Below the pieces are notes generated by a model. That model made no database searches and was not told the DNA's origin. It saw only the letters and a program-made list of their open reading frames with translations. This document shows, piece by piece, positions 37,991-47,548 of a stretch of DNA of 64,000 nucleotides. Position numbers and translations under genes: made by a program. Source of the stretch: an uncultured delta proteobacterium. Lineage in GTDB: Bacteria; Myxococcota_A; Polyangia; Polyangiales; B10-G4. Where the stretch lies: assembly GCA_963727445.1 (NCBI GenBank), contig CAVSGI010000008.1:32001-96000 (forward strand), written 5' to 3'. Numbering within the stretch: position 1 is the first letter of the stretch; every line of letters begins with the position of its first letter.

Positions 37991-38863
37991 GTGGCGCAGG
38001 TCGGTGACGTCCTCGACGGTCGGTATCAGCTGACCCAGGTCCTCGGCGAGGGGGGCATGGGGACGGTGTTCGCCGCCGTCGATCGACAGAGCAGCGCCCC
38101 CCTCGCCATCAAGACGCTGCGCCGTGACCTGGCGAGGGACCCCTCGCTCCGTACGCGCTTCGAGCGCGAGGCGCGCGCGCTCTTCGCCCTCAGCCATCCG
38201 CACGTGGTGAAGGTCTTCGACTTCGGCATCGCCGACGGAGTCGCCTACATCGCCACCGAGCTCTTGATGGGGCGCACCCTCGAGGACGCGGTCGACGCGC
38301 AGCCCCTCGAGCCGGCGCTCGCGATCCTCTGGGCGCGGCAGCTCTTGTCGGCGCTCGCCTTCGCGCACGCCCAGGGCGTCGCGCATCGCGACCTCAAGTC
38401 GTCCAACGTCTTCCTCGTGAAGGGTCCCGGCGGTCTCGAGCAGGCGAAGCTCCTCGACTTCGGCCTGGTGCGCTTCATGGACAGCGAGCAGTGGGGCGCC
38501 ACCGCGACGCTCACCGCCGACGGGGAGATCATGGGCAGCCCCGGCTACATCTCCCCCGAGCAGGCCTGCGGCGCGCGCGCGGACGCGACCAGCGACGTGT
38601 ACTCCGTGGGGTGTCTCCTCTTCGAGCTGCTCACCGGCGAGTGGCCCTACCTCGAGGACACCCGCACCAAGATGTTCCGCGCGCACCTGCTGAAGCCCCC
38701 GCCGAACCTCATGGCCCGCCGCCCCGGGCTGAAGGTGCAGCCGGCGCTCCAGGCCGTCCTCGACAAGGCGATGGCCAAGCAGAAGAAGGAGCGCTTCGAC
38801 GACGCGGTGGCGCTCCTCAGCGCCTTCGACGCCGTGCCGCAGCCGGCCGCGTGGACGGGCTGA
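37991..38863 (+). CDS. Hanks-type Ser/Thr protein kinase (kinase domain only)
   Basis: LGEGGMGTV, AIK, HRDLKSSN, DFG, SPE, SDVYS. Confidence 0.93.
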   Translation: MAQVGDVLDGRYQLTQVLGEGGMGTVFAAVDRQSSAPLAIKTLRRDLARDPSLRTRFEREARALFALSHPHVVKVFDFGIADGVAYIATELLMGRTLEDAVDAQPLEPALAILWARQLLSALAFAHAQGVAHRDLKSSNVFLVKGPGGLEQAKLLDFGLVRFMDSEQWGATATLTADGEIMGSPGYISPEQACGARADATSDVYSVGCLLFELLTGEWPYLEDTRTKMFRAHLLKPPPNLMARRPGLKVQPALQAVLDKAMAKQKKERFDDAVALLSAFDAVPQPAAWTG

Positions 38864-38875
38864 GCCCCGCGCGCT

Positions 38876-40085
38876 TCAGTTGAACTGCAGGCCGGCGTTG
38901 AAGGACACCGTCCACTGGCGGCCGATGCCCCGGCTCGCGACGTTTCCGTCCGACTGGATCAAGTCGTGGGGGGCGTCGTTCGACAGGCTCTGCGGGTCGA
39001 CCACGTCGAAGGCGAAGGAGCCGGTGAGCATGACGACCTGGTAGTGCAGCTGCAGGCCGAAGTTCAGGCGCTGGCGCATCATGCGGAGCTTCACGAAGGT
39101 CGCGTTGTTCTCGTAGTCGTAGCCCGAATGGTCGGGCGAGCAGGTGGTGGTTGGCCGGGACGGGTCCGGCATGCACTCGTGGAAGGCGTCGATGCCCGGC
39201 GTGAGGTCGACCAGCTCGGAGTCGGCGAAGATGAAGGCGAACTGATAGGCCGCGAAGGGCGTGAGCGTCGCGGTATGGCCGAGGACGAGGGGCTTCGACA
39301 CGATGACGTCCACGGTCGGGATCGTCATGTTGAACTCGGGATCACCGACCATGGTGTTGACGGCGCCGCGCACCGCGATGTCGGGGATGAAGCCCGGAAG
39401 GCCGGTGCGGAAGCCCTCGAAGAGGGACCACTGAATCTCGAGGCCCCAGGCAAAGAGGTTGGTGCCCATCAGATAGGAGAAGCCCGTCCCGAGCTGGAAG
39501 CCGAAGGGGAAGGCCTTGCGCGCCATCAGGCGCGACCAGAAGAGGGTGCTCGGCGCGAAGCGGTTGCAGCCGCCGCCCGAGGGGCCGGTGACGCCCGCTG
39601 GCATGTCGTTGGTCGAGATCGTGCGGCCCGGGTTGCTCTGATTCGACGCAGCTGTCGGTGCCGGCGGCCGTGTCGCCCTCCGTGCCCAGACGCCAATAGT
39701 TGCTGTTGCCGCTGATGCCGGTGACCCACCCCTCGACCGCGAGCTCGAAGCCGCCGTAGCCCACGGTGCGGGCGGGGTTGAGGACGACGGGGATCATCGA
39801 GCCACCGAGCTCGCCCATCAGCCGCGCCCAGCAGCCGGTGTGGGGGCGGTAGTCCGCGCGCCCCATGGCGTCCATCCCGATGGTGGGGCGGCAGGGGGCG
39901 TCGACCGCCCGCATCGCCGAGCCGTCACGGCGGGCGTAGGCGAGGTTGAAATCCGGGTCGTCGCGTGCGGTACGGAATCGCGCCAGGGCGATGTCGCCAT
40001 CGTTGGCCCTCGCCGTGCTGGGGCCCGCGGCGGCGAGAAGCGCGAAGGCGGCGGGGACGAGAGCGATGGAGATCAGACGTCGCAC
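38876..40085 (-). CDS. Hypothetical exported, probably outer-membrane beta-barrel protein (frameshift at ~39625)
   Basis: Signal peptide ending TARA; amphipathic strands; C-terminal GLQFN. Joins ORFs 39342..40085 and 38876..39604. Confidence 0.65.
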
Positions 40086-40159
40086 GGGTTTGAAGTCCAG
40101 TGCCGCGAAGCTATCCTCAGGGCCCGCGAGACGTCAAGAACCACTCGAAATCCTTACCG

Positions 40160-40671
40160 ATGCCCGACGGCCCCAAGCTCCGCGCCAAGCCCTTGATGCC
40201 CCCTTTTCGGGTCGTGCTGGTGGAGCCGGAGATCCCCCCCAACACCGGAGCCGTGGCGCGCACCTGCGCCGCCACTCAGAGCCCGCTGCACCTGGTGGGC
40301 CCCCTCGGCTTTCGCATCGACGCCCACGCGGTGCGCCGGGCCGGCCTCGATTACTGGCCGCTGGTCGACCTGCACCGACACGACGACCTCGTGGATTTCG
40401 AGGTCGCTCACCCACAGGCTCGGCTCCACCTCTTCACCGGTCGGGCCGAGCGCAGCTTCTACGAGGCCGACCTCCGTCCCGGCGACGCCCTCGTCTTCGG
40501 CAAGGAGTCGGTGGGTCTCGGCGACGCACTGCTCGAGGCACACGCCGAGCGCACCTGGGCCATCCCCACCAGCGGCGCGTTCGAAGCCTCAACCTCTCCA
40601 ACGCCGTGGCCCTGGTCCTGTACGAGGCACTTCGGCGAAACGGCGCCTGGGACCACACCTTCATGGGCTGA
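40160..40671 (+). CDS. trmL: tRNA (cytidine/uridine-34-2'-O)-methyltransferase (frameshift at ~40579)
   Basis: PEIPPNTG, RRAGLDYW, FGKESVGL; then RSLNLSNAVALVLYEALR in the second frame. Confidence 0.93.
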
Positions 40672-40750
40672 AAGTCTCGCGATCTCACGCCGCGTCACAG
40701 GCGTGGGCTGGACCCACGCGGAGCGCCGTCATACCGTGGATTTCTCCCCC

Positions 40751-42406
40751 ATGCTTCGCCCGGCGCTTCTTCTGTCTCTTTCGGCGCTCGGCGTCGCCGC
40801 CTGTGGCGACGACGGCGGCATGGACGCCACACCGCCGGACGCGGCCATGGACACGGCGGTGATGGACGCGGCCATGGACACCGCGATGGAGGCCGACGCC
40901 GGTCCACCCGACATCTGCGACGAGCTCTCCCTGCCCCGCCGCCCCTTCGCGGACCGCGCCTCGGGCAGCGACTACGGCACCGTCGCGGGCGACTTTTCGG
41001 TCGAGACCCGCGCCGGGACCTGGCGCCTGAGCGAGGCGTGGAGCGGCTGCGAGAGCTACGTCTTCCTCAACTACTTCGCCTCCGACCCCGGCGATCAGAT
41101 GTGGGCTTCCTATCCGGACCCGCTCTTCGAGAATTCGAAGCGCAACGTCCAGTACTTCTTCACGACCTACGAGAGCGCCGCGGCCGACGTCGCCGCACGC
41201 ATGGACGCGATGGAGGCCAACGTCGAGGACGCGCTCACGCGTCTGTCCGCCGAGGACGCCGACTTCTGGCGCGCGCGCGTCCACTACGTGACCACGCCGA
41301 TCAACGAGATCGACGGCAGCCTCGGCGCGCTCGTCCGCGGCAAGACCAGCGTCGAGTTCGCCATCGGGATCGACCGCGCGCAGCGCTTCGATCCGGTGGG
41401 CTCCCTCGCGCAGGTTTCCGGCGGCGCCTTCTACTGGCGACTCGGGATGGCGGCCTGGGCCAGCCACTTCTACGACTATCGCTTCGAGCTCGACGAGCGC
41501 CTCTCGGGCGAGAGCGACGCCACCGTCGTCGCGCTGGTGAGCGAGACCGATCTCTCGGAGCGCGTCCTGGTCCGCACCGTCACTCTGCCCGACGCCGCCG
41601 CCATGGCCGCCTTCGATCACTTCGAGATCGACGTCCAGATCGAGTGCCATCAGGGGCCGGCCGACTGCTCGGAGTGGGATCGCATCGCGGCCATCTTCCT
41701 GTGCAGCGACGACACGTGCACCGAGGACCAGGAGCTGGTCCGCTGGATCACGCCCTACGCGCGGCCGGGGCGGCGGCGCTGGGTGATCGACGCGACGCCC
41801 ATGCTCGGCCTGCTCGGCGACGCAGGCGAGCGCACCTTCCGCATCGTCATGGGGCCCGAGTGGGAAGACGCGACGCTGCGCGACGCGGACATGAACCTGC
41901 GCTTTTCGAGCCGCGGCGAGACCGACCGCGCCTTCGCGGCGGAGCTCGCCTACGTCGGCGGGGCCTTCGACGACACCTACGACGCGGCGCACCCACCGTT
42001 CCTCTTCACGCCGCCGGCGGGCACGACCCGGGTCGAGCTCGTCACCTTGATCAGCGGACACGGGCAGACCGACGGCGACAACTGCGCCGAGTGGTGCAAC
42101 CACGAGCACGTCTTCACCATCGGTGGCGGCACGCCGCGGCGCATCGACTTCCCGGGGATGGCGGGGACGCCCCAGGGATGCGCGGAGCTCTCGGGAAGCG
42201 GCGTCGTCCCCGGTCAGTACGGCAACTGGGCGCCGCGACGCGCCGGCTGGTGCCCGGGCCTCCCCGTCGACGCCGTGCGGATGGACGTCACCGACGACGT
42301 GACGCTGGGCGCGGAGAACGAGCTGACTTACGAGGCGTCCTTCGCGGGCGGCGCCCCGCGGGGCGGCAACATCGACCTGTCCACCTACGTCGTCTACTAC
42401 CGCTGA
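40751..42406 (+). CDS. Lipoprotein with peptide-N-glycosidase F-related C-terminal domains
   Basis: Lipobox VAAC; CSEWD, ELVRWITPY, SGHG, CAEWC, GQYGNW..RAGWCPG. Confidence 0.85.
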   Translation: MLRPALLLSLSALGVAACGDDGGMDATPPDAAMDTAVMDAAMDTAMEADAGPPDICDELSLPRRPFADRASGSDYGTVAGDFSVETRAGTWRLSEAWSGCESYVFLNYFASDPGDQMWASYPDPLFENSKRNVQYFFTTYESAAADVAARMDAMEANVEDALTRLSAEDADFWRARVHYVTTPINEIDGSLGALVRGKTSVEFAIGIDRAQRFDPVGSLAQVSGGAFYWRLGMAAWASHFYDYRFELDERLSGESDATVVALVSETDLSERVLVRTVTLPDAAAMAAFDHFEIDVQIECHQGPADCSEWDRIAAIFLCSDDTCTEDQELVRWITPYARPGRRRWVIDATPMLGLLGDAGERTFRIVMGPEWEDATLRDADMNLRFSSRGETDRAFAAELAYVGGAFDDTYDAAHPPFLFTPPAGTTRVELVTLISGHGQTDGDNCAEWCNHEHVFTIGGGTPRRIDFPGMAGTPQGCAELSGSGVVPGQYGNWAPRRAGWCPGLPVDAVRMDVTDDVTLGAENELTYEASFAGGAPRGGNIDLSTYVVYYR

Positions 42407-42442
42407 GGCGCGCGCACGTCGCACGGGCGCCGACCGAGGAGG

Positions 42443-43954
42443 TCATGCGGAGACCGGCACCAGCGCCGGGTCTATCGGCGCGCCCATCAGCAAGCGCGCG
42501 GCCTCCCGCGCCTCGGCGGCCGGCACGTTGGGGATCGCGATGCGCGCCCCACCGCCGACGATCGCGAGCAGGGTGGCCACGCCGTGATAGCGATCGAAGG
42601 GCGACTCGACGACCGTCAGCGCCTCGAGCCTGGAGCGCGGCGCGTAGATCTCCTCGCGACGGAACACGCCGCGCCGCACCGCGAGCCCCGCAGCCGGGTC
42701 GACGCTCCAGCGAAGCGTGCGCAAGGTCGCGAAGCCCCACACGAGCCCGAGGAGGAACGCCGGGACCACGACCGCGAAGGCCCACGGTCCGGCGACCGAG
42801 TAGAGCGCCAGCGCGCCGAGCACACCGGCGATGGCGAAGCGGGTTCCGCTGCGCCGGACGATACGGGGCGACGTTTCGCGAAACACGTAGCGGCGCGCGT
42901 CGGCTGCGGGCAGGACGCGGGGCAGCAGTGTGATGGCTGCGCCGTGCGGAGCGAGGGGGACGAAGACGTCGGTCCCCTGCGCTTCGGCTGTCTTTGCCTG
43001 CGCGCCGGCACCCATGTCGTCGGTTCGAATCGTGGCGTAGCCGAGAAGACGACGAAGGAGCGTCTGCTCGAGGCGGACGGCTTGGATGCGCCGGCGGGGC
43101 AGCGCGTGAATGCGGCGCGTGAACAGGCCGTAGCTGCGGGTGAAGACCCCGTCTTCCTCGCGGAGCGCGAACCCGTAGAACCGAACCACGTTCAGGATGG
43201 CGGAGCCGATCCAGCCGACGATCACCAAGAGCGCGACGACGGTCGCGACGAAGAGGGCGATGGCGGTGAACCCGCGGCCGATGATCGGGGAAAGCGTGCG
43301 CTGGCCGAGCTCCCAGACGCGCACGAAGAAGGACACGTCGTCGTCGGGGATCACCTGCGCGAAGAAGCCGAGGATACCGGCGAGGATCAGGCCCGCGCGA
43401 TTGTCGGTGAGGCCGCGGACGACGAGCGGAACGACGCCCACCTCGAGGATGGGTGGTGCGAGGGCATCGTCGCCGGCCTCAGGGCGGGGTGCGCGGCCCG
43501 AGAGCGAGCGGAGCGCTCTTTCGAGCGCTTCGCCCTGCGCTCGGGTGATCGCATCGAGCTTCGCTTCGGCGCCTTCGGTGCCGCTTGTCTGCACAGCCAC
43601 GACGACCACTCCGAGGAGGCGGTGGAAGGGGCCCGCTTCGAAGCTCAGGTCCTGAACGCGCGAGATGGGGATGCGACGTTGCTGGCGACGGATGAAGCCG
43701 CTGTCGATCGCGAGCTCGGTCGCGGTGAGCCGATAGCGGTAGCGGAGCCAGTGAACGACCGGGCCGACGAGCGAGAGGGCGCCAGCGATCGCGAGGGAGA
43801 CCACGCCCGCGATGAAACCGGCCGCCGATTCGGCGGTCACGGTCTGGTAGGCGAAGACGAGGAGCCACAGCGCGGTGCGCCGGAGCGCAGCGAGGAACGC
43901 GAGGACGATCGACGCCGGATGCAGGCGTCCCTCGAGGATGACCTCAGGGCTCAC
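42443..43954 (-). CDS. Bacterial PH-domain membrane protein (YdbT-like)
   Basis: RLHP, three repeats of the SGFIRR...IP..R.Q type, TM pairs. Confidence 0.85.
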   Translation of the reverse strand: MSPEVILEGRLHPASIVLAFLAALRRTALWLLVFAYQTVTAESAAGFIAGVVSLAIAGALSLVGPVVHWLRYRYRLTATELAIDSGFIRRQQRRIPISRVQDLSFEAGPFHRLLGVVVVAVQTSGTEGAEAKLDAITRAQGEALERALRSLSGRAPRPEAGDDALAPPILEVGVVPLVVRGLTDNRAGLILAGILGFFAQVIPDDDVSFFVRVWELGQRTLSPIIGRGFTAIALFVATVVALLVIVGWIGSAILNVVRFYGFALREEDGVFTRSYGLFTRRIHALPRRRIQAVRLEQTLLRRLLGYATIRTDDMGAGAQAKTAEAQGTDVFVPLAPHGAAITLLPRVLPAADARRYVFRETSPRIVRRSGTRFAIAGVLGALALYSVAGPWAFAVVVPAFLLGLVWGFATLRTLRWSVDPAAGLAVRRGVFRREEIYAPRSRLEALTVVESPFDRYHGVATLLAIVGGGARIAIPNVPAAEAREAARLLMGAPIDPALVPVSA

Positions 43955-44438
43955 CCGGCTCTCTCTCCGTGCGCGCGAGGAGGCTGGCGCGTATCGATTC
44001 TGCGCGCTCGGGGCTCAAGCCGGGAATGCGAAAGGTCGCGGCGCGCCCGCCGGCGGTGAACACCGCGAGGCTCGCGAGGCCGAAGAGTCGTTCGAAAGGG
44101 CCGCGATCGACGTCGAGGTGCTGCAGGCGACCGATGGGGATCGTCTTTTCGCGATGCACGAGAACGCCGTGAACGATCCGCAGGTGATGGTCGCCGATCT
44201 CGAAGGCGAGTCGCCGGTAGCGCAGATGTGTGGTGAGGAGGATCCACAGGATGCGCAGCACCCCGAGGCCCGACGCGACGGAGATGATCGCGATCCCGAT
44301 CGCGCGCCCGTCGCTGGCGACGAAGAAGAGGCCCTGCAGAGCGATGATGCCGAAGAGGATCGCGGCGCCGAAGATGCCGGAAATCCGCCAATAAGTGACG
44401 ACGCGCCGCTCCGCTTTCTCCATCATTTCGTCGGACAT
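43944..44438 (-). CDS. Bacterial PH-domain membrane protein (YdbS-like)
   Basis: Two TM helices; IPIGRLQHLDVDRGPFERLFGLA; IPGL. Confidence 0.85.
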   Translation of the reverse strand: MSDEMMEKAERRVVTYWRISGIFGAAILFGIIALQGLFFVASDGRAIGIAIISVASGLGVLRILWILLTTHLRYRRLAFEIGDHHLRIVHGVLVHREKTIPIGRLQHLDVDRGPFERLFGLASLAVFTAGGRAATFRIPGLSPERAESIRASLLARTEREPGEP

Positions 44439-44530
44439 CGGCCGACGCAGTGTCTCACGTTTCCATACGTCTTGACCGGCCCGGCCCATGTGCGACCCTT
44501 GGCCTTCTCCGGAGTGTGGAGGCTCGTGTG

Positions 44531-45490
44531 ATGGAGGGCGGTAAAGAGGGCGGAGGTTTCGTCCGAAACCTCGGGGTGTGGCTCGTCGGAGCCGCCCTCG
44601 TCGGTTCCGCGTCCGGCCTCGTCGCCGGCCATGTGGACGCCGAAGACGCACGACAAACGGCGCAGCGCGAGAGCGGTGACGTCGCCCCCGCCGAGGAGTC
44701 GTGCAACGACGCGATCCCCGACGAGGTGATCGAAGCGATCGAAGAGATCGAGCGACGCGAAGCGGCGGACCGGACGGCGGCGGAAGAAGAGGCGCCGGAG
44801 GCGACGCCCCTGCCGCAGGACTACATCGCCGACTCCACCACCGACGTGATCCGCACGCCGGTCCCCGAGGCCTGGCTCCCGCGAGGACGCCGCTGCATGC
44901 GCCGGCGTGGTCGCTTCGTCTGTGACGGCCCGCGCCGCGTCCCCGAGCCACATGGTGCAGCGGCCGCGCTCGCCGAACGCCTCGGCATCGGCACGCGACG
45001 GATGGCATCGAAGATCCTCCTCGAGGCGCCGGATCCCGCGTGGGTCGCGGCGGTCGAGGGCCACGAGGATCGAAGCCTTCTCTGGCCGGTCCCGGAGGGT
45101 CGGCTGTGGCGCGGCTTCGGCTACGTCCGCCGGGGTCGACAGCGCCGGCGGATCCACAAGGGACTCGATATCGGGGCCCCGCAAGGGAGTCTGATCCGTT
45201 CGGTGAACGACGGCCTGGTCATCTACGCCGACAACGAGGTCCACGGCTACGGCAACCTCATGATGGTGCTCCACGCCGACGGCAGCGTCGCCTTCTATGC
45301 CCACGCCCGCCGCCTCTACCTCTTCGCCGGCCAGCGCATCCGACGCGGCCAGGTCCTCGGCGAGGTCGGTCACACCGGCATCGCCCAGGGCGACCACCTC
45401 CACTTCGAGCTCCACGTCCGCGGCCGCCCGCGCAATCCCCTGCGGAGGATGGTCGGCCGGGGCGACGTCGTGCAGGGCGACGCGAGCTAG
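44531..45490 (+). CDS. M23-family metallopeptidase
   Basis: HKGLD, GYGN, YAH, HLHFE, NP; N-terminal hydrophobic segment. Confidence 0.9.
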   Translation: MEGGKEGGGFVRNLGVWLVGAALVGSASGLVAGHVDAEDARQTAQRESGDVAPAEESCNDAIPDEVIEAIEEIERREAADRTAAEEEAPEATPLPQDYIADSTTDVIRTPVPEAWLPRGRRCMRRRGRFVCDGPRRVPEPHGAAAALAERLGIGTRRMASKILLEAPDPAWVAAVEGHEDRSLLWPVPEGRLWRGFGYVRRGRQRRRIHKGLDIGAPQGSLIRSVNDGLVIYADNEVHGYGNLMMVLHADGSVAFYAHARRLYLFAGQRIRRGQVLGEVGHTGIAQGDHLHFELHVRGRPRNPLRRMVGRGDVVQGDAS

Positions 45491-45621
45491 TGGAAAAGCG
45501 GCGCCTGTGCCGCGCCTGAAGCGAGTCCCCGTCGCGAGCGAGTTCAGAAGCGCGCCGCGCCGCGCATTCCCGGGTCATCGCATCCGATGAGTGGGCCGGC
45601 GCGTAGGCTGGGCGGCCGCGC

Positions 45622-45782
45622 ATCGGCTGCATGTGGTGGTGGGGAACGCCGCGGGCATTGGCTTTGGCTGAAGGGGCGGGGTGGGTGCCGTTCGGGGAGC
45701 GGAGGGTGTCGCGGAAGCGGATTGGGGGTGCCGCCGTGGGACGGGGGGGCGTGGGTACCGCTGCGAATGCGGCTCGGGCCGT
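45622..45782 (+). repeat. Left copy of a 161-bp inverted repeat
   Basis: Reverse complement of 46993-47153 with two mismatches. Confidence 0.95.
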
Positions 45783-45947
45783 TGACGACGGTGGGATGGG
45801 GAGTGGCGGCTCGGGCCGCGGCGCCTGCGGCGCCTCTGTGGTCGCCGCTTCGCGGCGAGGGCGCTGCCGCGGATGAGTAGGTAAGCGAAGGCTGCGCAGG
45901 CCGCGCGGCCCGTCGGTTCTTCAGGGTCACCGACTCGCCCCGGGGCG

Positions 45948-46132
45948 AGACGGACCGCTCGTCCGAGGCGACCCTTCGCCGACCACGTTCTGTCCCGCCA
46001 GACGGACCGCTCGTGCGAGGCGACCCGTCGCCGACCACGTTCTGTTCCGTCCAGACGGACCGCTCGTGCGAGGCGACCCGTCGCCGACCACGTTCTGTTC
46101 CGTCCAGACGGACCGCTCGTGCGAGGCGACCC
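45948..46132. repeat. Tandem repeat, ~3.5 copies of a 52-53-bp unit
   Basis: GACGGACCGCTCGT starts at 45949, 46001, 46054 and 46107. Confidence 0.95.
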
Positions 46133-46876
46133 GCGACGTCACGACTTGTGACCGCGGGACGGTCGCAACCGCCGGCGTCGTCCGCGACGTCACGACTTGT
46201 GACCGCAGGGCGGTCACAACTGCCGGCGTCGTCCGCAACGTCACGACTTGTGACCGCATCGCGGTCACAACCGCCGGCGTCATCCGCAACGTCACGACTC
46301 GTGACCGCAGGGCGGTCACAACTGCCGGCGTCGTCCGCAACGTCACGACTTGTGACCGCGGAGCGGTCACAACCGCCGGCTTCGTCCGCGCCATCACGAC
46401 TTGTGACCGCAGGGCGGTCACAACCGCCGGCGTCGTCCGCGACGTCACGACTTGTGACCGCGGGGCGGTCACAACCCCGGCGTCGTCCGCGACATCACGA
46501 CTTGTGACCGCTGGGCGGTCACAACCGCCGGCGTCGTCCGCAACGTCACGACTTGTGACCGCATCGCGGTCACAACCGCCGGCGTCGTCCGCAACATCAC
46601 GACTTGTGACCGCATCGCGGTCACAACCGCCGGCGTCGTCCGCAACATCACGACTTGTGACCGCATCGCGGTCACAACCGCCGGCGTCGTCCGCAACATC
46701 ACGACTTGTGACCGCATCGCGGTCACAACCGCCGGCGTCGTCCGCGACGTCACGACTTGTGACCGCGGGGCGGTCACAACCCCGGCGTCGTCCGCGACAT
46801 CACGACTCGTGACCGCAGGGCGGTCACAACTGCCGGCGTCGTCCGCAACGTCACGACTTGTGACCGCATCGCGGTC
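46132..46876. repeat. Tandem array of 15 palindromic 51-bp units
   Basis: Unit GTCACGAC-TTGTGACCGC-NNN-GCGGTCACAA-CCGCCGGCGTCGTCCGC(A/G)AC (TT overlapping omitted); palindromes start at 46146, 46197 ... 46858. Confidence 0.97.
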
Positions 46877-46992
46877 GCTCGAGCGCTCGAGCCGAGCCCA
46901 GCGCGCCCAAGGCGCGTCCGGCGCCCTGCGCCGGACAGAGGCCGCGAAGCGGCCGCGGCAAACCCACGCCTCCACCCGCAGCGCCGCCACCC

Positions 46993-47153
46993 ACGGCCCG
47001 AGCCGCATTCGCAGCGGTACCCACGCCCCCCCGTCCCACGGCGGCGCCCCCGATCCGCTTCCGCGACACCCTCCGCTCCCCGAACGGCACCCACCCCGCC
47101 CCTTCAGCCAAAGCCAATGCCCGCGGCGTTCCCCACCACCACATGCAGCCGAT
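46993..47153 (-). repeat. Right copy of the 161-bp inverted repeat, followed by a degenerate partial copy to ~47240
   Basis: Direct comparison with 45622-45782; CCCCGCCCCTTCAGCCAAAGCC recurs ~99 bp further on. Confidence 0.95.
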
Positions 47154-47548
47154 CCGCGCCCTCGACACCTTCCGCTCCCCCAACAGCACCCCCCCCGCCC
47201 CTTCAGCCAAAGCCGGTGTCCGCGGCGTTCCCCCCCCACCCCGAGGCGGCGCCTTCACGCCGCTGCCAGATCGCCGAGGGCGAAGGAAGGCGCCCCTGAC
47301 CCACCTCACCACGCATCCCCACCCCGCCCCCGCTCTCCCGCCCCGACGACCCCCACTCGGAGGCCAGGGCATCCCCTCCGTAAACACCGGTTCACACCCT
47401 CAGCTGTAACCGCGCCTTGGGGATCTTGGATTTCGGCCCGGGTATCGACGAAGATCCTTTGGCTTTATCGGCCGTCAGCAGCTCTCACGGTCCTGGCACG
47501 CACATCGCATTGTCGGGGATCGTGGATTTTCCCGTACCGAGGACTCCG

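Noticed and set aside
40100..42406. TrmL-PNGase F fusion (768-aa ORF)
   Set aside because: Artefact of the trmL frameshift; trmL ends at 40671 in another frame, and the lipoprotein has its own start at 40751.
46132..46876. CRISPR array
   Set aside because: There are no unique spacers; whole units repeat with only a 3-nt variable centre, and no cas genes are visible.
46146..46876. CRP sites or lac operators (TGTGA...TCACA)
   Set aside because: Half-site spacing is 11 nt rather than the 6 nt of CRP sites, and the match to lacO is only partial.
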